Assembly: GCA_951406725.2 (NCBI GenBank)
Contig: OX597828.1
Span: forward strand, 77,934,001-77,998,000
Source of the DNA: Octopus vulgaris
Taxonomy: Eukaryota
Length of the DNA: 64,000 nt
Reading direction: 5' to 3'
Made by a program: the position numbers and the translations under genes. Positions 39,658 to 52,147 of the stretch are shown here, one piece after another; the first letter of the stretch is position 1, and each line of letters opens with the position of its first letter. The notes under the pieces are model-generated. The model made no database searches, was not told the origin of the DNA, and saw only the letters and a list, made by a program, of their open reading frames with translations.

Positions 39658-39939
39658 ATCTTCTCGATTATATTATCAGATCACTTATCTCTAAAACGTT
39701 CTGGACCCCAGTTCCTCGCTGAATTTTTTTTTATTAATCTACTTTTTATTCGCGCCTGTAGCTGCGTGTATCTCTTAATCGCTTCTATTGTTCCCTTTCT
39801 CTCATAAAAATGTCATATTAACGATTATATATATATAAATGTATGTGTATATATATAAATACATTTGTATATAAATGTTCCTCTGCTTATCAAAACCCTC
39901 TCTTACTGCTCCTTTTTCTCTTATATTAATATATTAATT

Positions 39940-40390
39940 CTATGCAATGCACCGTCGTCATTTTTTTTTTCTTCTTTTTCCTCCTTTCCCTCTCTCTGCA
40001 AACTCTTCTCCCTCGCATCTCATCTTCTACTTTTCCTTTTACTCTTTTGCTTTCTCCTCCCTCTCCTCTTATTTCCTGCTTACCTATTTCTCTTTTTGCC
40101 CTCTCTCGCTTTCTACCTTCCCTTTTATCTTTTTCCATCTCTTTCTATCCCTCTCATTTTCTGCATCTCTCCTCCCTCTCTCTTTTCCTCTCTTTGTTTC
40201 TTCCTCTGCCTACTCATTTCTCCTTTTATTCTTCCTTCGTAGGTTGTTATCTTTACTCCTACTTCTCTCCCATTTTCATTTTCTCTCTATCCCCTCCTCA
40301 AGCTCTAATTCTCTTCCTTTCATTATATATTCCTCCGCCTATCTCTCACCTATTTTATACTTCTCCCCTTCATTTATCATCACTTTACTG
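39940..40390. repeat. Pyrimidine-rich low-complexity tract
   Basis: About 450 bp strongly C/T-biased on the plus strand. Confidence 0.85.
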
Positions 40391-43300
40391 CCACTTCGTC
40401 ATTGAAATGTGTAAATCTACTCCTCCCATTACCATCATCATCATCATCAACAATAACAATTACTACAGCTGCTGCTGCCTTCTAAATAAAGCACTCACTC
40501 GTATCAGCAGCTGTAATACATAAGTTAATCTAACCAACACTGGTGGAGCAATGACAGTGGGATCACACCAAGTCAGATGACTTTAAAATAATAGTAGTAG
40601 TACTAAAAATAGTTGTCGTGGTAATAGTAGTAGTATTGGTAGCAAACCATGACAAGAGCGTGAGCCACCCCCATACGCACTACCTCCTCGACAAACGATA
40701 ACAAGGCGCTTTTTATTTTATTTATTTATTACTAAGGACACTTCGTTAAAAAGAAAGAAAAAAAGATATAAACACGCCCGCTTGCCCGTCCCGTTGCACA
40801 CACGGATGTATATAGAATATAATTTATAATTATAGTTTATAAAAGAAAACCAAGCTACACATATATACAAACACATCACATATATTTATATAAATAATTA
40901 GATATATAATCCTATGTATATTTTACGCCCAGAAATATATAATTGTTTTATAGAAAGAAAGCAATACTCAAAGAAAAATCTCATAAAATTTTCCCTTGTC
41001 CCCTGTGAAAAAAAAAAAAGGATTAGGGGTCACATCCTGTAACTTCTGTGTCTTATCCGGGTGAGGAGTGAGAATATGTGATTATCTCCCTTGCCTCACA
41101 TTCGCTTTAAACGCGAAACCTCCCCTTCTTCCCCCACCTCCTCCTGCTACCATCATTGGGGAAAAAAAGAAGAAAATATACAAAACAAGCAACAGAGCAC
41201 GAAACGAAACGAAACAAGGAAAAAAAAACATCAGATTTGTTTATTCCTTATTTCTGAGAGAGGGTTTACCGTAAAACAGCTGCAATTTGGAGACTCAAGA
41301 ATAAACTCCTGAGGGCCAGGGTGAGTAGATAACAATATATATGTTATTATGAATGTATGGCATGTGTAATAATTATAATAATTAGTGTTATAATGCGCCT
41401 ATAAAGATAGCTTTGGAGAGAGACAACGAGAACAACAACAACAACAGTAGAAGACGACGAGAAAGAAAACGAAAGCTCTCGCATGAATAGTGTTTTCGCG
41501 CGCGCGCACATACAGACTGACACACACAAACACACATATATATTACTCTGTGTATATGTATATATATACACACACACGTATATTTATATATGCATATATA
41601 TACATATATATATTAGTATTGGAAAAGTGGGGGATCGATTTACATATCGTCTTTACCTAGCTTTGATCCCCCACTTCTTGGCACATCTGATAGATTAGTT
41701 TTCTTCTATCACATTTCCTTTCCCCACCTCGTTTTTATTATTTCTTTGTTTTGTTTTTTTTTGTTACTGTTACCATTTTTCCTCTCTTCCTATGCTACAA
41801 TATCTCATTTCCCTTTTCTCTTTTATTTCTCGTCTTCTATCTTTCCCCTTGTCCGATCCCTTTTCTCTCCATCCTAATCTTTTTCCACTCCAATTACCAC
41901 TTTTTCCTTGTGTTTGTTCGTTGCTAACAGACACCGCCTAAGTAATTGCTAGCTGTGTGTTGTTATTTTTGTCTATTCTATGCTCCCCACCATCTACCAC
42001 TTTACATTCACTTCTAATGATAATCATAAAATACTATAATGTATGTATATGTATGTGTGTCCGTATATATATGTACCTGTAATGGATTCCCTCATAATTC
42101 AAAGCCTATGTCTCTAATAATGTCTTCATGATGCCGGTTTTCAGTTGAAGATATTGACGGTAATCTAATGAAGACCTTTCATTCTCTTTATTGCTATATC
42201 ACCCTATATTTTTTTCAAATCCAATCTCGTTATTTGTCCTTCTCTCTATCCAATCTATTCATGTAGCAATTAAGCTCTTACCCGTCTACGGTCTGTCTAT
42301 CCTTCTGTCTACCTGTTCGGTTGTTCATTTCACTAGCAAACTGACCATCCATCTATCACTCGAAATCACTCTTCCTTCGTTTCCCCCATATATTTAGCTC
42401 GCATTATAACTATACGTGTATCGAAGTAGCAATCTAGCTAGTCATCTATTTACCTATTTAGCTATCTGTCTGGTTATCTATTTTGTTCGCTATGTGTCTA
42501 TTTAGCTAGCTTCCTATCTGCCTATTTAGCCTATCTGCCTATCTTACTTAACCAGCTATTTATCTACCATGTATTTATATATTTATTTATCTGTTGTCTG
42601 TATGTCAGTTTATTTAGCTTTCTCTATTTAGCAATCTTCCTACGTATTTCAATGCCCGCCTGCACACACACACACACACACACATATATATAAGTGGATA
42701 TCTATTTCTTTGTGTGTGTGTGTGTATGTATTAAAGTAATGATTTCCGTTGGTTAGGTAATATATTAAATTCGTTTAAGGATCTAGGTGAGTCGATTGAA
42801 TCCACCCTTGCTTATTACTTTCAGTGGTTAACGATGATAATCATCAGATCAGCAACAATACGATCTATATTTCACGCCAACGAACACCAGTCATTACGTC
42901 CAATCGACTTAATGTTAGATGTGGGTGAGGGCACTGTGCGAGCTGGCCATTTCTCAGAGAAACTGTAAACACACATACACACACACACCTACCTATCTGT
43001 CTGTCTGTACATGTGTGTGTGTGTGTGTGTGCATGTATATATATATATGTGAATATAAACGTATGCATATGGATGTGTGTGTACAGGCATGGTTGTGGAC
43101 GTTTCCCAACCACATGGTTTCGGGTTCATTCCCCCCCCCCCGCTCCACTTCTACAACAACCTCGGTCCAATCAAAGCCTTGTGAGTGGATTTGATAGAAA
43201 CTAAAAGAAGCCTGATGTGTATATATATATTTATATATATGAATGTGTGTATGCTTGTTGTGTCAAATATCTTGGCATAGTGTGATAGTTTTATACAAGC

Positions 43301-43687
43301 TGTCATTCATTTCCAATATTCTGCGAAAACATGTTGAGCATTGGAAAATATACATAACCTTACTTGGAAACAGGTTAGGTTTGGCAGCAGGAAAGGCATC
43401 CAGCTGTAGAAAACCTACCTCAATAAACTGCATTCTGTCCTTGCCTGCATGGGAAAGTGGATGCTAAAACGATTATAATATAGATGTGTATATATGTGTA
43501 TTTATGTATATATTATGTGTTTATATGCATGTTTGTGCGTGTGTATATCGGTATGTATATATTTGTACTATATACATTATATATGTATATATATGTGTGT
43601 GTATGTGTATATATATATCTTGATATGTATGGATATGAGTATATATAAATAGTTGTAAGATCTCAAGATTTTTACCACTACTTTTTA

Positions 43688-43722
<35 letters not shown>

Positions 43723-44856
43723 CACACACACACATGCATACACGCAAACTTGTCCATGCTTGCATAGATCAGGTGGAATTGATGAAGCAGACTTCTCCAT
43801 GGCTAGATGCCCTTCCTCTGGCCAACTCTCGCCTATTTCTAAGCAACAGGACATATTTTCAAGGAAAAACGAAGAGCAAAGACGACACTCATTTACAATC
43901 ATTACTTGATATCAAGAGAAGGAGACAAACATACACGTACACATTCATACACACACACACGCACATATATTTTTTTGTAATAGATGCTTCCTTTCATTCC
44001 CTACCTACCGAATCCATTCACAAGGCTTTTGCTGGCCTAGGGTTATAGTAGAACACACCTGCTCAACGGGTGCCAAGCAGTGCGACAGAACCTGACACTT
44101 TTGTGTGTTTAAGGAGACTTGTGGTTTGCTGCGTTTATATGTGTGTATGTACACACACATGCGTGTTTCATATATTTGTGTCTACACACACATATATACA
44201 TATGTGTGTGTATACACACACACACACACACACACACATATGTATGTAGTAGAAATACATAAATCTGGGGAAGAAGCACACTAAGATGTCAAGCAGTTAA
44301 TATTATAAAGGGGACTGGTTTATGGGTTACCCTGGGTTTCTTGCTCATAAGGGGCTTAGCCTTACGGCGTATCTTCAGACCCATCCTTTATAATATATAT
44401 GTGTGTTATCTATCTGTATGTGTATACATGTACATATACATATATGTACACACACATACATGTATGTGCACGTCATCACACACACACACACACACATGCA
44501 CAGCCGTGTGCTTAAGAAGTTCCCTTAACTAGACACTGGTCTTTGGCTTAGTCCTATTGCTTGGCACCTTGAGCAAGTGTCCTCTACTATAGTGCCAGGT
44601 CAAGTGAATTTAATAGAAAATAAAAAGAAGCCTCTTGTATGTGTAAAAAAAGAAAGTATTGTGTGTGTATGTATATATATATAAGTGTGTGTGTATACAT
44701 ACATACATACATACATATATGTGTGTTTGTGTGTGTGTACATATATAAATGTGTATGTGTTTGTTACCTTGTCTTGACATCCAGTAATGGTTGTAAATGA
44801 GTGTTGCTATCATACATACATATATACGTGTGTGTGTGTCTATATATATATATATT

Positions 44857-44890
<34 letters not shown>

Positions 44891-45802
44891 CAGAGGGTCC
44901 GATGGGTAAATTGTGTCTATTTTATTTTCAATTTCATGCATGTGCATTGTTTGTTATTGATTTTGTCGATTACTCAGTACAGTTGGGTCAGTTGGGCACC
45001 ATCTGTGAGAAAAACAGCCCCATGATGCAATTCACTCTGCCACAAATTTGGAAATGGCATGCTGTGCTGCTTGGTATTTGTGCCAGAAGCTCCAGCACAA
45101 ACATGTTAGTGTTTGGGTGTCAATCTGAAAGAGTTGGATGAGTCTAATGGTGATTATGAAGGTGCAGCAACTCGGAAAACTCTCTCTGATTGTTCTGATA
45201 GGAAAAGAACTCCTGAATTTGTTGGTGAGATCCAGGCCATGCTTGATAATGATGCGTTCAAGTTAATCAAGTCCATCGTCAGGGATATGGGGTTTTCTGA
45301 GTTTCTTATCAGGCAGGTAGTGCATGAAGACCTTCAGTATTCCTCATACAAGATGAGAAAGGGCCAATATATCTGGCAACAGGACGCCACACTTGCAGGA
45401 GAACCCAATCGTGGTTGTCAGACAATTTCTGCGACCACATCTGACCCCTAACATCTGGCCACCTAACTCCCCAGACTGCAACTCCTTTAATTATTTATTA
45501 TGTGTGGGGCGCAGTTGAGCAAGAGACCAACAAAACTCCTTGTAACACCAAAGATGACCCGAAGGCAAGGATTATGGCACATTCACCAACTTAAACAAGG
45601 AAACCACCCAGAAGAGTTGCAGGAGAGTTGAAGTTGTGTGGAGGCCATGGTTGAAGCCAATGGCGATTTTATTGAATTAATTTACTCGTTAAAATTTGAA
45701 GAAATTTTTATGTAATTTTTGTAAATATATATGCTAAAATGAGATGTCAGTGTTATTTTCATTTTTTGTACTTTAAGATGACAATTTATTCACCGCACCC
45801 TG
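44891..45802 (+). mobile_element. Internally deleted Tc1/mariner (maT/DD37D-like) transposon
   Basis: Degenerate TIRs (CAGGGTGCGGTGAATAAATTGT at right, followed by TA). Transposase remnants IRQVVHEDL, YIWQQD, WPPNSPDCN, YVWGAVE. Confidence 0.78.
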
Positions 45803-46309
45803 TATGTGTGTGTATATATATATATAATATATATATATGTATATATGTGTGTGTGTGTGTGTGTGTGTCTCTATGTGCATGTATTTATATATATGTCTAC
45901 ATAGATCTATGATGGCTGCAACTTGATATCTGGTAATGCCATGCTTGATTGTTCTCTTAAACACGAGCAGCACGGATGTGGCTGTTTAGTCCTGCTATTG
46001 ATTTACACTCTTTTGTACAGATGTGGCAATCATAGGTTCCTCTTGAAGCAGGTGTTACTGTATTCTCTTGGTGAACCTTCATATAATGTTTCAGTTTGCC
46101 TCTTCATGTGTATTCCTTTCCACACTCCCTGCAAATTGAGATGCCATATAATGTATAGTGTACAAGTCCCTTGTCTATGTGGCTTCTCTGATAACATCTA
46201 AGGCCTGTCTTACTTGGACACTGCCACACCTGTTTGAGGTTAAATTGTGCTGTGTACTAGCATACAGAGGTGAATTAAACGTCTCTTGAGCTTCTCTTGT
46301 TTTATATAT

Positions 46310-46545
46310 GCCATATGCATAGTGCTTAAGAGCGTGGACTACTAACCCCAAGATTCTGAGTTCGATTCCAGGCAGTGATCTGAATAACAATAATAGTAAT
46401 AACATTGAAAAATACCTTAGGAATGAGAACTCAGGTTTGAAATTTCTCCGAGACACCTGATGAAGGCTGGAGGGTGTATCAGCCGAAACGTTGTGTTAAC
46501 AACAAACAAGATGAGGACAAATATCTGTCGAATGTAAAGAATGTT
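46310..46545 (+). mobile_element. tRNA-headed SINE-like element carrying an intact hammerhead
   Basis: A-box-like GCATAGTGCTTAAG, B box GAGTTCGATTCC (~46358-46369), (AAT)n linker, second B-like box, then the HHR. Confidence 0.78.
46452..46497 (+). ncRNA. Minimal type I hammerhead ribozyme motif, canonical core
   Basis: GACAC CTGATGA A GGCTG-GAGGGTGTAT-CAGCC GAAA CG TT GTGTT. Predicted cleavage after 46492 (GUU); palindromic AACGTT at stem III. Confidence 0.8.
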
Positions 46546-46599
46546 ATATAATTTTGTTCTGCCTTCCTCCATAAGGAACAATCTAGAATGAGGTTTTCC

Positions 46600-47950
46600 T
46601 ACTCATCTTTGAAGATTTTTTACCTTCTCTAATTTTTGTTTCTGCTCTGGCTTTTTACTCTAGGCTAATTCACCATCCAGAAATTGTTTAGCGAGCTGAT
46701 TGTCTTTCATTCTGAGCACATAACTATTCCATTGTAACTGGTGCTGAAATGCGAGTAGACTGGCTATGTTTCAGGACTTTGTCACCTATGTACATGTTCC
46801 TACCTTTTGCACATCTTCATAAATAACCCAGGTTTTACATGCATATATAACAATTGAGGCAAAACACAAGTATGGTGGACCTTCAACTTTGTCTCAATTG
46901 AAATTCCGTGCTAAGACTATAAATGTCTATCCAATTTTCTGACTGCATCACTGGCTTTCTTGATTCAAAGGGATATTTCATCATCAACAATATTTGTCAT
47001 GTTCACTTTACAGCCTAAATATCAACCTGCAATTTCCTGTCCATAAATGTTTGGCTCAGAGTAGGTTCTTTCCTCATGCAGGTTGGTACATTGCAACTAC
47101 CTTCTTTAAGGCTGATTGCTAGACCCGATGCACTGCATGTTGTTGAGGAGTCTATAAGATACTCCTTGTTGCAGTGGAAGCGAGTGACAAGTCACAGTCT
47201 TCAGCATACAGGAATTTGTGTTTTAGTGATGAGGACATGAGCAAACTGTCTTATATTTAACATCCAACTCATTGTTTGGTATCTAATGTAGACCCCATGT
47301 AAGCAATCTTCAAAAGCTATCAAGGAATCCATAACAGAATACAATGTAAACAGTTGGCACTGGTATACCCCTTGATTAACTTCATTTCCAACCAAAATAG
47401 GTTCGGAGAGCTTACTACCCATGTTGATAAATGTTTTCATTCTATCATGGAAACATCTAAGCACAGGGATAAGCTTCTTAGGGCATCCAAGCTTCAGAAT
47501 GTTCCATAAGGCATTTCTGTTCACGGTATTAAAAGCTTTATTCGGATCAAACCTTTGATACAGGTTCATCTTGCACTCAGTGTACTTTTCCTGCAGATAC
47601 CCAACTGAAAAGTTCATATCTTTTGCCTTCCTGCCCTTTCTGAAACAACAATGAGACTCAGATCTTATGAACACTAAATTTACAGCAGATAGATGAGATA
47701 TTCCATGCTAATTCCCACTGTTGTCCTTCCTACATTTTCTTTTATAGTGAACCACCATCAACGCATCTTTCCCACCATTTGGGACACTCTTCAATTCAAA
47801 CGTTTTTTTTTTATTAAGTTAGACACTAAAGCAAGTTTTCACTTCTACATTTCAACATCACACTACAGAAATGATCAGTTCCAGGTGACTAACTGCCATT
47901 TAGCTTTTTTTATGGCATTTTAACTTCACATGTACACTCACTGTGGTATC
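46600..47950 (-). mobile_element. Old degenerate RTE/BovB-like RT fragment
   Basis: ORF 47201-47674: SESHCCFRKGR, LQEKY, KAFNTVNRNALWNIL KLGCP, parallel to the RT at 3275-3892. Boundaries approximate. Confidence 0.75.
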
Positions 47951-48359
47951 AAATCTATTGTCTGACAATGGCTTCCTCATTGACATCAGGTGACCATGTT
48001 CTGTAAAGTGACTCTCTTCAGAGAATCTCATTTCAGGCAAGTTATCCCTCACATGCATGTTATTTCACAGCAGCTCCTTTGCTACAAGGATTGGCTTTCT
48101 TTCAAGGTATGTCTTTGAGGATTCATAAGATGTGAATATTCCAGCAGCCATATTCAAAGCTTTGAGCTTTCAGTAGCAAGATAACTATAATGCACTTATT
48201 ACCATAAGTCTGTAAATTACTGTAATGTTTCATTGAATGCTTTGCTTTCTCTGGCTACAGCCATAAAAAATCTGCTTCTTCAAATTCTGTTTGACCCCTG
48301 GCAAACATGGAAAAGTGGATGTTAAATGATGAGGATGATATATATATATATACATACAT

Positions 48360-48695
48360 ACGTATAGAAGAATTGTACTGAAAGTGATGCAAAAATGGGC
48401 CACAACTTTCTTGTTGATTGACATCAGTTGTTCAAATTGCAAATATTAGTCGAGTAACTATTGCTGTATACACAGGTCCCTACCCAACGTACTCTCCACC
48501 ACAATTATACCTTTGCACCATCTTTGAACTCAACTCTCAAAGTCCTTCTCCAAATAATCCAGGTCTATTCTGGTTCATCCATGTCTTAATATCCACTTTC
48601 ACCTTGTCTATGTCATCAAACCATTGACCTTGCAGATTGCCCTTCATTGAATTGAATAGGTGGAAGTTAGAGGGCATCAAGTACATCAGGGGAGA
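48360..48695 (-). mobile_element. Mariner transposase C-terminal remnant
   Basis: Manual translation PSNFHLFNSMKGNLQGQWFDDIDKVKVDIKTWM...GEYV resembles mariner APSDFHLF..LK..L.G..F. Confidence 0.6.
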
Positions 48696-49239
48696 CAACC
48701 TGTCCTCATTAACATTTTTTAAAGAAGTATTTCTCGATTTCTGAGCGTTTCCTCACGTCTGCGTTGTAGGAAATTAAAATGTTGTCTTTGTATAGAGTCT
48801 AACGAGCTGTCCACGGGGCTTTGGCTTTGTGGATGTGAAACCATAGGTAACTCTCTGTCCAGGATATAAAACTTTTTGTTGTGTGTGTGTGTATTTGACA
48901 TCAGCACCTTTTTGTGTATCATCATTGTCATTGCTTTAACATCTACTTTGTCACCCTTGTGTGGGTCAAATGTTGAGGTAATTTCACTATGGCTAGACAC
49001 CATTCCTGTCATCAGCCCTCACTTGTTTCCAATTAAGGTAATATTCCCTCGTGACTGGACTCACCTTCACAGAATATTGCTAAACAATGATATTGCATAT
49101 TTGACTGACATTTGTTAATGACTATCAGGTGATATCACGACAAGGAGGCACAGCAGCACTCCTCACATACTGGGTGTTCAGGCTAAATTCGATGATCTTT
49201 TTATGTCTCCTCTTTTTAGGAACAGCCTGATGCATCAAT

Positions 49240-49750
49240 GAACTGCAGCTAAAAGTATTTGAGAGCATGAAAATTAAAGTTGTAGTCGAGAAGAAGTTAG
49301 CTGACATGGAGGACTTGAAACCATTTGAATTTTCAAAAAACTTTACTTGTATCATAATGATTTGTGCCAGGTATCAAAATGCCGACATCATGATTGCTGA
49401 TCAGTTCTTTGTGAACACTGTAAAGGCTGTTAGACATGACATGGACATCATGAAAACCAAGTTTTCCCAAACTGGTGGTCTTTGGGTGGGTCTCTCCAGT
49501 AAAACTGATATCATGCTGCCCCAGATCTTTGAACAGGGCTTTAAGTTCAGTTCAGATGGCTTTGTGAAGCTGCTGGAGTTATGGTCAAACCCTGGCTGGA
49601 GAGGGTTTCTACTGGAAGGCCATATCTGTTTCAGTAGGATTTACCTTCTTGCTTTACCTCCAGAAAGAGTTGGAAGAGGTTATCAGAGAATTTCTATGAC
49701 TTCATGAGCCCCAATTTCTGGCCTCCTAATTTCCCCAGCTGTAATCCTTG
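49240..49750 (+). mobile_element. Degenerate maT-like transposase fragment
   Basis: ORF 49267-49707 plus ENFYDFMSPNFWPPNFPSCNP in another frame; parallels 44891-45802. Confidence 0.6.
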
Positions 49751-50135
49751 GAATGTGAGGCAATCACAAGTGACGGAGACCCTTAGCAATATGCTGTGCT
49801 TGAGAAGATGCATCAAGACAAGGGAAACGGTAGTTGTGGCTGATGCTAGTGTCACGTAATAGTCACCCATGCTGGTGGCACGTAAAAAGCACCCTTTGGA
49901 TGTGGGGGTCTCACAGAGGCAATGATAAGTGACTGAGACCATTGGTGATATGCTGTGCTTGGGAAGACTCGTTGTGGCTGATGCTGGTGTCCTGCTACTG
50001 GCACATAAAAAGCACCCATTGCACTCTTGGAGTGTTTGGCATTTGGAAGGGTATCCAGCCATAGAAATCATGCTAAATCAGATTGGAACCTGGTGCAGCT
50101 TACCAGCTTCTCAGTTTCTGTTAAACTGTCTAACC

Positions 50136-50730
50136 TGGTGGTTCTCAAACTGGTATCTGTAAGACCTGAATAATAATAATAATAATAACATCAAAAAATA
50201 CCTTAGGAATGAGAACCCTGGTTTGAAATTTTCCCAAGTCACCTGAAACGTTGTGTTAACAACAAACAAAATAAGGACAAATATCCATCAAATGTAAATA
50301 ATGTACATAATTCCTCATCTCTTAAATACAGAACTGAGACAGTTAAGTTTTAAAATTTCAACTCTTCCAATTTTTCCCATGCAACTCCTACACACTCCTT
50401 TGTTAATCACACTTGTAGAAAATATGTGGTTATAACAGTTGATTGTGCATTTTTGTTTCTCATTTATTTTGTAACCAATTGATCAACTGATTTCACCATA
50501 TTTTCATGTGCATTTATTGTGTTCCAATGGGACATTTCCTGGATTAAGTTGTGGCTTTTTGGGGTTGCGGTTCTATGGGCAGTGCAGTTAATAGTCTGAA
50601 AATTACGGTACACGAAAGTATGTAATTTTTTTCCATGTTGATTATGCTACATTTTATAGGGGGCTGCGAATCATCAAAAAACTGTAAGGGGACCGGCATG
50701 TAAAATTTTTGAAAAGTTGTGAAACCACTG
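50136..50730. mobile_element. hAT-type MITE with 8-bp TSD
   Basis: GTCTAACC at 50128-50135 and 50731-50738. Ends TGGTGGTTCTCAAAC / GTTGTGAAACCACTG. Splits an RTE 3' tail. Confidence 0.8.
50164..50336 (+). mobile_element. 5'-truncated copy of the hammerhead SINE with HHR stem II deleted
   Basis: Colinear with 46380-46545 but reads CACCTGAAACGTTGTGTT. Confidence 0.75.
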
Positions 50731-51946
50731 GTCTAACCCATGCCAGCATGGAAAGCAGACAGTGAATGATGATGATGACATATATACTTTATGTATACGC
50801 ATATATGAATGTACATACATATACACATACACTCATGTAAATACACATACACAAATGTATGTATACATATACACATACACATATGTAAACTGGAGTTAGC
50901 TTAAAAGCTGCCCTATCAGGTGGCTTTTAAGCAAGTGCATGTCTAGTTATGTGTGTGTATGTATGTATGTACATGTATAATAATATGCATATAAATAATA
51001 AATATATGCATATATACATACATATATGGGTACAGGACATTAAAAAAATGTGGACAAAATGAGAAATGAGAACATAAAAAAAGAAAAACATAGAAAACGA
51101 ACATTTTCCGAACAACGAAAGAAAGAAACAGAGAAACGAGACAGGCAATATAAAGAACATTCCCTTCATCAGTTGTCCCCTCTGGCATGTGAAAAACAAC
51201 ATTTGAGCATGGTCGTTGCCAGTGCCGCTGGACTGGCTCTTGTGCAGGTAGCCTGTAAAAAACACCTTTTGAACGTGGTCGTTGTCAGAACCACCTGACT
51301 GGCCCTAAGCACCCACTACACTCTCAGAGTGTAGTGGGTGTTAGGAAGGGCATCCAGCTGTAGAAACTTTGCCAGATCACACTTGAGCCTGGTGCAGCCT
51401 TCTGGCTCTCCAATCCTCAGTCAAATCGTCCAAGCCATGCCAGCATGGAAAGCAGATGTTAAACGATGTCGATGATGATGATATATGTATGTGTGTGTGT
51501 GTGTGATACTGCCTTTTGAGTGCTCTGGGAGAGGAAATGGTCAGGGGAGTTAACCACGACAGTAAATCAAGAAATGAAGTCCCTCAGGTCGTCTGGTGCT
51601 CCCTATGACAGCCTTCCAGTAACAGAACCTTGTTACGCAATTCACCTAGTAGAAGGCCACTCCAATGCAAAACCTACAACTTGCTGGTCACCACAGATGT
51701 CTTGGCCCAATAAAGCCACTGTGTTTGAGGTCTTCAAGTCTAAAGACCAGGATCAGATTGCATAGACTGTGCCCTCAATTTAAAACTACTAAGTGCAGAC
51801 AAGAAGAAGAAAACTGGAGTGTCAAGGATTGACTTACAAATCTTTTGACGGCATGCTCTTTGTTGTCATGATCTTTGGACACGAAGAAACTGCCACAATG
51901 TACACACACACACACGTGAGTGTATGTGTATATGAATGTCTACATA

Positions 51947-51979
<33 letters not shown>

Positions 51980-52088
51980 CTACACACACACACATATATG
52001 TACATGCTTGTGTATCCGTTTACGAATGTGTGTATGTGTGTATATATATGAATGTATATATATATATATGTGTGTGTATGTATGTATG

Positions 52089-52147
<59 letters not shown>

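Noticed and set aside
39865-40523. Hydrophobic 125-193 aa ORFs
   Set aside because: Open in several frames because the tract is pyrimidine-rich low-complexity DNA.
46310-46380. tRNA gene (also other A/B-box hits)
   Set aside because: No clean cloverleaf or acceptor stem; the heads run into SINE bodies.
51150-51180. CTGATGA boxes at ~51170 (-), ~25905 (-), ~27465 (+) and ~35150 (+)
   Set aside because: No correctly placed GAAA and stem III, so not called as hammerheads.
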